A DNA stretch of 64,000 nucleotides from Mizuhopecten yessoensis (Eukaryota), in NCBI RefSeq assembly GCF_002113885.1, contig NW_018404037.1, positions 51,492-115,491 on the forward strand, read 5' to 3'. Both the position numbers and the translations under genes were made by a program. The notes under the pieces were generated by a model. The model saw only the letters and a program-made list of their open reading frames with translations. It was not told the origin of the DNA and searched no databases. How positions within the stretch are numbered: position 1 is the stretch's first letter; every line of letters starts with the position of its first letter. Below, piece by piece: positions 1-10,960 of the stretch.

Positions 1-195
1 CCCTGTGATGAAGTTATGACGTATATATTATAGTCGTATGAGGGTTTATCGCCCTGTGATGAAGTTATGGCGTATATATTATAGTCGTATGAGGATTTAT
101 CGCCCTGTGATGAAGTTATGACGTATATATTATAGTCGTATGAGGGTTTATCGCCCTGTGATGAAGTTATGATGTATATATCATAGTTGTATGGG
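1..195. repeat. 51-bp minisatellite, ~3.8 copies, probably truncated by the window start
   Basis: Unit ccctgtgatgaagttatgacgtatatattatagtcgtatgagggtttatcg starts at 1, 52, 103 and 154. Confidence 0.95.
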
Positions 196-1590
196 TTTGA
201 CCGCGTTTGATGAAGCCTCGGGTTCGATATTGGACTTTTTTCTACTGTTATCTATTTGCATGGTTAGGGTACAAATATATATCATATCCCTACACAACAG
301 GTTTTATTAAATGAATATACCATTTAATATTTAGAACAAATTTAGAAAGATCAATTTCGTTTATCCTTTTTTTCACAGTATTCTTGTTTAACCTTAAATA
401 TTTTTAGTGTTTTAGCATCTTAAACTATTGGTCATTATCGTTTTCTTCTTGTGTATCATATAGCTATTAAGAAGTTAATTCTATCGAAACTGAATTTGTT
501 TTGAAGGTTTTTATGTTCATTTTAACATCGATATTTAGTTTTTGTGTCATGGTTTTTATGATCACTTTAAATGTATGTTCGGTCGATCTTCAATTTTACG
601 TTATTACAGTATTTTAATTTTATGATAATATTGTGTTCAGGCGAATTATTTCGTTAAGATTTATTGGCCAATAATTGTATTTTTATGCTATGTTTTTACA
701 TGTTAAGGCATTTTCGTTATGCCATCACTTTATATTGACGCCGTAAACAGGTACACGTCCATGAATCCGAGATATTTATGTTGTGCTGTTTCTATGTGAA
801 TGTCTCACCTCCTTTGTGTGTACCCTGACGTATATTTCACGACACACATAGATATATCCAGGGTGTCCGTTTCAAACGAACACATAAGCTTTCACTAAAT
901 ACCCTATTAGGTGAAATGGTCACATAAACAACATGGTATACGGGTTTTGCCCGGTGGGGGAGAGGCAGTGTTATAACCTCAACGCGTAGCTTAGATTTTT
1001 AACGGCTTCATTACCTCAATGACAAGTTATTGCGAAAACCAGATCGGAATATATCATGTTACTGATAGGAGAAATCTAAACTTTTTGAAAGTCTAAAAAC
1101 ATCAACTTTTACCACATCAACTTCTTCTAGTTATAAGCCCCTGATTATCTGACAAATCACACACAACGTCAGTGTATGTTATGATCAAAACAACACAGAG
1201 ATTAAGTCGGTATCAAGTCTAGATACATAGATAATCGGCACCCTATATTGATTATAAATCACACATATGTCAAATGGAGGATGGAACAACCCATTCCATA
1301 CTAAACTGACGATAACAAACAACGGTAATGTCTTACTAAAGTGTGAAGCTGTTCTGGGATTCCTTTACTCTTACCCTGGTGGGGACACATACAAACTATG
1401 TGTGCTGATCTACTGTAGTCAATGGAGGAGGCTTAATTCACGCTGTCTGTCCGTCAGATTGGCCGAGGTCATGGCCATTTATCATGTCTCAGTTTAGTTA
1501 TTTGGGGTTTAATGTTTACGATGACGGTATCGTTTTTGAAGTTGTTGGGATTTTAGTTGATATCATTATCATCTTGGTTAATATAATTTT

Positions 1591-1666
1591 ATCCCCTAAT
1601 GATTGGTTGATATTATAATCCCCTAATGATTGGTTGATATTATAATCCCCTAATGATTGGTTGATA
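1591..1666. repeat. 27-bp tandem repeat, ~3 copies
   Basis: atcccctaatgattggttgatattata at 1591, 1618 and 1645. Confidence 0.9.
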
Positions 1667-2267
1667 CTGTTTTTTCGTTTGGTTTCTGTACGGAACTGTA
1701 TGTCCTGATACTTACATTGCGGCTCCAGTGTCGGGCATGGTAAACCACAGGTTCACTCTGTATTGGGTGACCGACACTCTTTCATCTACCGGAAACATCA
1801 AAGATGCCACGTGTGGTGCATTTTACAGTTACCTTTCTTAAAGACCGCCTTTCACACCCTTTTCCGTGAAGATCATGACATCATTCTCTTTTTTAGTTTG
1901 ATGTCTTATTTACGGTTGTGCTTTCATAGCAAGTTTAGTTTCTCAAATTGTGTTTGTGTATAATGGTACATAGATTGTAAAAGTTATCGTTTCTGTTGTT
2001 TTTAATAAATTGTAAATAAATATGTATGTTTGTCAGCATTGTTCATAGCCAGCTATAAATTACTATTATCCCGGGTCATAAAAGTTTTGAAGTGTTGATG
2101 ATTTTAAACTGTAACCAGAACAACATCTGACATTACCTTCCTTAATATAATTCTATTTTCATGTTTCATGTTTTAATTGATTAGAAACTATTGGGCATTA
2201 TTCAAAAGGAAACTATGACTGTGACAACGTCGTGCTGGGTAGAACAGCTTCAATCCAAGTTTACGTT

Positions 2268-2312
2268 GACTATATATATATAGTTTCGACACATGAGGCG
2301 CCTCGTCATCAG
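2268..2312 (-). ncRNA. Degenerate type I hammerhead-ribozyme-like motif
   Basis: The minus strand reads CUGAUGA-cgaggcgccucauguguc-GAAAC-(UA)6-GUC. Both conserved core boxes, a GU-rich stem II, a palindromic stem III and a GUC triplet are in the correct order. Stem I is not properly paired next to the core. Confidence 0.4.
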
Positions 2313-3298
2313 GCGTTGTCATGGTCATCTTTTCCTTCTGATTGCTCTTCTATTTATGGCCGGACTCGTGTTTTCCTTGTGTGGAATCCGTCTGCAGGCT
2401 AACATAGAACTTCGCTGACCTCTTTGCACGGACGTTGTTTCCCCCACTCCCCGTATTGGGAATTATATATACTGATATATACAATTCATAGGTACAGCAT
2501 TAAAACCAATGCCATAAACAAGTCTTTTTCCGAGTTTTAGAAGCGTGTGTTAGCAGTTGTGTGATATATTTAGCTTCAATGTGAAACACCTGGCCATCGT
2601 CTTGGTAAGAGTTGATGAGGCAAGCTAATGAGTTCGATCGTCCTATTGACAGTGATGAATTATGTCTACCTGTAGCGTATGTGTTAGGTACGACTTACCT
2701 GTGGGATGGAGGCGAGGCTGTATAGCATACAAACTTATTACATAATTAAGGCAAGTGCGTCACACCATTATACACTCGGTACGGAGGCAACATCCAGAAA
2801 TGAGGAGTTGAAGAATTTTGAAATTGCCTAATGTCGACTTTTTTTCTTAAAAGGAATAAAGGCGAAGCAACTATACTTATTTACATAACCTATTTATTGA
2901 AGAAATTCCAAAATATCATACTTAAAATGACTTATTTCTTAACCCTAAATAAAACTGTAAAATTATATCAAATTAATATTTATAAATATTTCGTTCTATG
3001 GATAAATATGCAACTTATCAAATACTCCATTTCAATGAAAATTACATTTTTTCTTTACAAAAGAAGAATGACCCAATCAAAAAAATATCTTTATTATTCT
3101 CCAAAGTAATATGACACGTCATATAAATTATATAATAATAGTGTTTGATATTGAAAATATATACAGTATAACCATTTAAATCCATCGCTGATTAATCAGG
3201 AATCTTGCATATACTTTGATAAAACTGCACATTCAAAAACTTCTTTTGCAATCATTATTAAATATTTGTCTGTTGTCATCCTAGGATATTTTACACAC

Positions 3299-5199
3299 CA
3301 ATATAACAGGACTAGTATAAAGCATCAACAAATATAACAGGACTAGTACAAAGCATCAACAAATATAACAGGACTAGTACAAAGCATCAACAAATATAAC
3401 AGGACTAGTACAAAGCATCAACAAATATAACAGGACTAGTACAAAGCATCAACAAATATAACAGGACTAGTACAAAGCATCAACAAATATAACAGGACTA
3501 GTACAAAGCATCAACAAATATAACAGGACTAGTACAAAGCATCAACAAATATAACAGGACTAGTACAAAGCATCAACAAATATAACAGGACTAGTACAAA
3601 GCATCAACAAATATAACAGGACTAGTACAAAGCATCAACAAATATAACAGGACTAGTACAAAGCATCAACAAATATAACAGGACTAGTACAAAGCATCAA
3701 CAAATATAACAGGACTAGTACAAAGCATCAACAAATATAACAGGACTAGTACAAAGCATCAACAAATATAACAGGACTAGTACAAAGCATCAACAAATAT
3801 AACAGGACTAGTACAAAGCATCAACAAATATAACAGGACTAGTACAAAGCATCAACAAATATAACAGGACTAGTACAAAGCATCAACAAATATAACAGGA
3901 CTAGTACAAAGCATCAACAAATATAACAGGACTAGTACAAAGCATCAACAAATATAACAGGACTAGTACAAAGCATCAACAAATATAACAGGACTAGTAC
4001 AAAGCATCAACAAATATAACAGGACTAGTACAAAGCATCAACAAATATAACAGGACTAGTACAAAGCATCAACAAATATAACAGGACTAGTACAAAGCAT
4101 CAACAAATATAACAGGACTAGTACAAAGCATCAACAAATATAACAGGACTAGTACAAAGCATCAACAAATATAACAGGACTAGTACAAAGCATCAACAAA
4201 TATAACAGGACTAGTACAAAGCATCAACAAATATAACAGGACTAGTACAAAGCATCAACAAATATAACAGGACTAGTACAAAGCATCAACAAATATAACA
4301 GGACTAGTACAAAGCATCAACAAATATAACAGGACTAGTACAAAGCATCAACAAATATAACAGGACTAGTACAAAGCATCAACAAATATAACAGGACTAG
4401 TACAAAGCATCAACAAATATAACAGGACTAGTACAAAGCATCAACAAATATAACAGGACTAGTACAAAGCATCAACAAATATAACAGGACTAGTACAAAG
4501 CATCAACAAATATAACAGGACTAGTACAAAGCATCAACAAATATAACAGGACTAGTACAAAGCATCAACAAATATAACAGGACTAGTACAAAGCATCAAC
4601 AAATATAACAGGACTAGTACAAAGCATCAACAAATATAACAGGACTAGTACAAAGCATCAACAAATATAACAGGACTAGTACAAAGCATCAACAAATATA
4701 ACAGGACTAGTACAAAGCATCAACAAATATAACAGGACTAGTACAAAGCATCAACAAATATAACAGGACTAGTACAAAGCATCAACAAATATAACAGGAC
4801 TAGTACAAAGCATCAACAAATATAACAGGACTAGTACAAAGCATCAACAAATATAACAGGACTAGTACAAAGCATCAACAAATATAACAGGACTAGTACA
4901 AAGCATCAACAAATATAACAGGACTAGTACAAAGCATCAACAAATATAACAGGACTAGTACAAAGCATCAACAAATATAACAGGACTAGTATAAAGCATC
5001 AACAAATATAACAGGGCTAGTACAAAGCATCAACAAATATAACAGGGCTAGTACAAAGCATCAACAAATATAACAGGACTAGTACAAAGCATCAACAAAT
5101 ATAACTGGACTAGTACAAAGCATCAACAAATATAACAGGACTAGTACAAAGCATCAACAAAATTAACAGGACTAGAACAAAGCATCAACAAATATAACG
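3299..5199. repeat. 31-bp minisatellite, ~61 near-identical copies
   Basis: Unit aaatataacaggactagtacaaagcatcaac. Variants occur only in the first copy and the last ~7 copies. Confidence 0.99.
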
Positions 5200-5439
5200 A
5201 TCTCGATGAGGATGGAAATGTTCCGTGCAGAAATGCAAGACATCATTTCATATGAAAATAATTTACGTATTTTTATTAACACATACTCGTAATTAGTTTA
5301 TATATTCCTATACACATAATTTATATGAATTCATATAAAAATCACTAATATATATGAACTGTGTTCATATACACATAATTAGTATAATTCGTAAATGTAT
5401 CCTAATATATATAATATATATGCATGTTCTAAATATACT

Positions 5440-8400
5440 GCACTTATACTTATGTATATATATATAGAACAGTTATTAATTTATCTGCACATACACATGT
5501 ATATATAGAACCGTTATTAATTTATCTGAACATTTATATGTTTTAATAGAACCGAACGTAACTTGTCAACACAGACATGTTGATATAGACATGTTATTAG
5601 GTTGTCTGCACATATATTTATATATATATATATAAAACCGTAATTAGTTTGTCTATACAGACATATATATATAAAACCGTAATCAATTTGTCAACACAGA
5701 CATATATATATATATATATATATATAAAACCGTAATTTATTTGTCTACACATACATATATACATTTAACTGTAATCAATTTGTCTACACAGATATATATA
5801 TATATAAAAACCGTAATTAATTTGTCTACACATACAAATATATATATAATACCGGATTAATTTGTCTACACATACATATGTATATATATAAAACCGTAAT
5901 TAATTTGTCTGCACATACAAATATATAGATAATACCGGATTAATTTGTCTACACATACATATGTATATATATAAAACCGTAATTAATTTGTCTACACATA
6001 CATATGTATATATATAAAACCGTAATTAATTTGTCTACACATACATATTTATATATATAAAACCGTAATTAATTTGTCTACACATACATATTTATATATA
6101 GAACCGTTATTAATTTGTCTGCACATACATATGTATATATATAAAACCGTAATTAATCCGGTATTATCTATATATTTGTATGTGCAGACAAATTAATTAC
6201 GGTTCTATATATATACATATGTATGTGCAGACACATTAATAACGGTTCTATATATAAATATGTATGTGTAGACAAATTAATTACGGTCTTATATATATAC
6301 ATATGTATGTGTAGGCAAAGTAATTACGGTTTTATATATATACATATGTATGTATAGACAAATTAATTACGGTTTTATATATACATACAAATATATATAT
6401 AATACCGGATTAATTTGTCTACACATAAATATGTATATATATAAAACCGTAATTACTTTGCCTACACATACATATGTATATATATAAAACCGTAATTATT
6501 TTGTCTACACATACATATGTATATATATAAAACCGTAATTAATTTGTCTGCACATACATATGTATATATATGATACCAGATTAATTTGTCTACATATACA
6601 TATGTATATATATAAAACCGTAATTAATTTGTCTGCACATACATATGTATATATATAAAACCGTAATTAATTTGTCTGCACATACAAATATATATATAAT
6701 ACCGGATTAATTTGTCTACACATACATATGTATATATATAAAACCGTAATTAATTTGTCTACACATACATATGTATATATATAAAACCGTAATTAGTTTG
6801 TCTACACATACATATGCATATATATAAAACCGTAATTAATTTGTCTGCACATACATATGTATATATATAAAACCGCAATTAATTTGTCTGCACATACAAA
6901 TATATATATAATACCGGATTAATTTGTCTGCACATACATATGCATATATATAAAACCGTAATTCCTTTGTCTACACATACATATGTATGTAATTAATTTG
7001 TCTGCACATACTTATGTATATATATAAAACCGCAAATTCTTTCTCAACACATACATATGTATATAATAAAACCGCAATTAATTTGTCTGCACATGCGTAT
7101 GTATATATATAATACCGGATCAATTTGTCTGCACATACATATGTATATGTATAAAACCGTAATTATTTTGTCTACACATACATATGTTTATATATAAAAC
7201 CGTAATTCCTTTGTCTACACATACATATGCATATATATAATACCGGATTAATTTGTATACACATACATATGTATATAATAAAACCGCAATTAATTTGTCT
7301 GCACATGCGTATGTATATATATAATACCGGATCAATTTGTCTGCACATACATATGCATATATATAATACCGGATTACTTCGTCTACACATACATATGTAT
7401 GTAATTAATTTGTCTGCACATACATATGTATATGTATAAAACCGTGATTACTTTGTCTACACATATAAATATATATATAATACCGGATTAATTTGTCTAC
7501 ACATACATATGTATATATAAAACCGTAATTACTTTGTCTACACTGTTATTAATTTATCTGCACATAGATATGTATATATAGAAGCATTATTAATTTATCT
7601 GCACATACACATGTATATATAGAACCGTTATTAATTTGTCTGAACATTTATATGTTTTTATAGAACCGAACTTAACTTGTCTACACAGACATATACATAT
7701 AGAACTGTTATTAGGTTGTCTACTCATACATATGTATATATATAAAACCGTAATTACTTTGTCTACACATACATATGTATATATGTATATAGCCGTAATT
7801 ACTTTGTCTACACATACAAATATATATATAATACCGGATTAATTTGTCTACACATACATATGTTTATATATAAAACCGTAATTACTTTGTCTACACTTAC
7901 ATATGTATATATATAAAACCGTAATTTCTTTGTCTACACATACATATGTATATATATAAAACCGTAATTGCTTTGTCTACACTTACATATGTATATGTAT
8001 AAAACCGTAATTTCTATGTCTACACATACATATGGATATATATAAAACCGTAATTTCTTTGTCTACACATACAAATATATATATAATTCCGGATTAATTT
8101 GTCAACACATACATATGTTTATATATAAAACCGTAATTTCTTTGTCTACACATACGTATGTATATATGTATATAGCCGTAATTACTTTGTCTAAACTTAC
8201 ATATGTATATGTATAAAACCGTAATTGCTTTGTCTACACTTACATATATATATAAAACCGTAATTTCTTTGTCTACACATACATATGTATATATAAAACC
8301 GTAATTACTTGTCTACACTGTTATTAATTTATCTGCACATACATATGTATATATAGAAGCATTATTAATTTATCTGCACATACACATGTATATATAGAAC

Positions 8401-8700
8401 CGTTATTAATTTGTCTGAACATTTATATGTTTTTATAGAACCGAACTTAACTTGTCTACACAGACATATAAATATAGAACTGTTATTAGGTTGTCTGCAC
8501 ATATATTTATATATACATATATATAGAACCGTAATTAATTTGTCTACACATACATATATATTTAACTGTAATCAATTTGTCTACACAAATATATTTATAT
8601 ATAAAACCGTAATTACTTTGTCTGCACATACATATTTATATATAAAACCGTAATTGTTTTGTCTACACATACATATGTATATATAGAACCTAAATCAATT
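5440..8700. repeat. Complex AT-rich satellite, ~40-45 bp variable unit with internal (TA)n, one inverted block and a 775-bp duplication
   Basis: Core aaaaccgtaattaatttgtctacacatacatatgtatatatat. Reverse-complement units lie at 6151-6387. The block near 7543 recurs near 8318. Confidence 0.97.
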
Positions 8701-9840
8701 TGAAGAAATTCAAATCGTTATCATTTATATAGTTATACCTGCAGTTATATTTGCTTAAACCACTAATGTCTGACATTTCATTCACAATTTACTGTGACAT
8801 GATTTACGCAATTTGTTCGGTCGTTATAAACGTTGCAAGGTGAGAACATTAATATAAAGCTAGGAACGCTGAGTGATGATGGTGTGGTATGTCACTGAAA
8901 CCGAGTCCCCATTGAACAAGCACTTTTTGACATCCGAGACGTTGATGGGTTGCTATGAATATCAAACAACATTTAAGTATCTATCTAGAGAAGATGAAAG
9001 CCTATCTTCAAAGTGCCGACAATGCGGATGTTTAGCATTGTTGACGAATCAGCCCGTAACTTGTCAATTAACACATATCGTATATGTAATCTGCAGGTAC
9101 GCATAACACATACCGTACTCCTAATATGTCAAAGGGTCGCATATCGGGATAGGTAAATAAAAAGGTACACACGTAAAAAGATACAATATTATTTTATATT
9201 TAACAGTTGTGACGAAAAAGAAAACTAAACCCGCCATAGATCAAACGTGAATGCATAACCATATACACGTCTGTTTTGATATGCAGACATTTAAGAAATT
9301 TAATAGAAACACTTGATTATCGTCAAATTGCAACCTCTCCAGAGAATAGCTTATTTGCTCCTATATTAATGCATCTCATTATAACATATTTGTGTGAAGT
9401 TAATCAACATTTGTAGATGGCTTCGACTTCGTACATCAACTCCGTTCATGGACGTACAGCTGGATTCTTAGCAATATCCTCATGTTTAACAGCAGTTGTT
9501 TCCCTTTCTTGATGAAAAATAATGTTAAATGAAAAATTGACAGCTTCTGTTTTGAAAAAAAAGGCTGTGAAAAATATCAATAGCAAAGCATGTCGTCAGA
9601 ATTTACACCGAACATAGAGTGCATTAAGTAGTTAGATATAAGCTATTTATCTGTCAACAGTTAACCAAGGGACCTTGATACTCTGTGGTTTTATTGATTT
9701 AATTTCTGTACCGTTTGTTTACTTACTACATTATAACAGCTCGAATTATCATTGAAAGAGAGCGATAACAGATGGTATCTTTGCTGGTTCCCACTCACGA
9801 AGTAAAAGACATACCACAATGATCATACATAACTCTTTAC

Positions 9841-10016
9841 CTAAAGTTTAAATATGTATCAATCTTAACATTGCCGTCCTTGTTAACGGTGATAGTCGGG
9901 ATGTATTTCTTATTGTTAGCTTCCTGCCGGCTTATGAAACCTTTGTATACGAATGCGGCGATCCACGTTGTCTTCCCTGGTGACACAAAGTTCCTGATGT
10001 CAATCCTTGCTCCTTT
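9841..10016 (-). pseudogene. Candidate orphan or decayed coding exon, product unknown
   Basis: 58 stop-free codons (KGARIDIRNFVSPGKTTWIAAFVYKGFISRQEANNKKYIPTITVNKDGNVKIDTYLNF) end at AG|gtaaag. The GC content is higher than in the flanks. An in-frame stop lies directly upstream and there is no good acceptor. Confidence 0.25.
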
Positions 10017-10407
10017 TTACTTCAAGAAGCGTTAAAACTACATTTCATTGTGTTTTTATATTTTAATTTATACAGTGCATTGACAAACAATATACGAAAC
10101 ACTCCTGGTCTACATCTTTCAACAGGTCAAGCAGAAAAATGAGTAGTTTTGGATACTCAATCCAAGGGAAATGCTTTTAGCAATTGTATTATTGAGATAC
10201 CAAGAACCTATGCAAGTTTGACTAAAGGTTTAATTTTACGTAGAAATAAAACATAATTCTTGTTACAAAAATAACTCGTAAGTTTAATTAAATGTAGCGT
10301 AAAATTTGAATTTCTATATATTTTAATAATGGTCAGAGCATGTTTGTCATAAATTTATTTGATGCTTCAATAATGGTCGTGCTTAAAATATTTTGGTGTT
10401 GCCGGAT

Positions 10408-10496
10408 CTTGGTCATAAGTACTTGGTCAGTTGTACTTGGTCATAAGTACTTGGTCAGTTGTACTTGGTCCTAAGTACTTGGTCAGTTGTACTTGC
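10408..10496. repeat. 28-bp tandem repeat (14+14 dimer), ~3 copies
   Basis: cttggtcataagta-cttggtcagttgta at 10408, 10436 and 10464. Confidence 0.9.
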
Positions 10497-10497
10497 T

Positions 10498-10960
10498 TGT
10501 TTTTCATGTCTTGTAGAAGTATGTTATGGTCAATAGTACTTCCAGTAATGTATAAATAGGTATTTTCATGTCTTGTAGAAATACATTTCGGTCAATAATA
10601 CTTCCGGTAATGTGTAAAAGGGTTTTTCATGTCTTGTAGAAGTGTCTTGGTCAATAGTACTTCCAGTAATGTATAAATATGTATTTTCATGTCTTGTAGA
10701 AATATATTTCGGTCAATAGTACTTCCGGTAATGTATAAAAGGGTTTTTCGTGTCTTGTAGAAGTATGTCTTGGTCAATAGTACTTCCAGTAATGTATAAA
10801 TAGGTATTTCATGTCTTGTAGAAATATGTCTTGGTCAATAGTTTTTCCGGTAATGTATAAATTGGTATTTCATGTCTTGTAGAAATATATTTCGGTCAAT
10901 GATACTTCCGGTAATGTATACATTTTTATTTCATGTCTTGTAGAAATTGGTCTTTGTCGA
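10498..10960. repeat. ~62-bp minisatellite, ~7 copies with alternating variants
   Basis: tttcatgtcttgtagaa...ggtcaatagtacttcc(a/g)gtaatgtataaa recurs every 61-62 bp. It shares ttggtca/agtactt with the adjacent 28-mer. Confidence 0.93.

Noticed and set aside
1-195. C/D snoRNA cluster (GTGATGA box C in each 51-bp unit)
   Set aside because: No box D (CTGA) or terminal stem in the unit. It is a simple tandem repeat.
859-1250. Tc1/mariner-like terminus cagggtgtcc with a possible partner gcaccctata
   Set aside because: The match is only ~6 bp, with no extended inverted repeat or transposase remnant.
3299-5199. CRISPR array (31-bp repeats; also considered for the 34-, 36- and 43-bp arrays)
   Set aside because: The units are head-to-tail with no unique spacers, there are no cas genes, and the context is eukaryotic.
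7120-8653. Small Y/I/H/C-rich ORFs
   Set aside because: Translation of the (TA)n/(CATA)-rich satellite.
8873-9106. 77-aa ORF with CxxCxC and a donor-like site; similar short ORFs at 16250-16460, 45401-45620 and 52581-52913
   Set aside because: No recognisable family, weak splice context, and lengths expected by chance.
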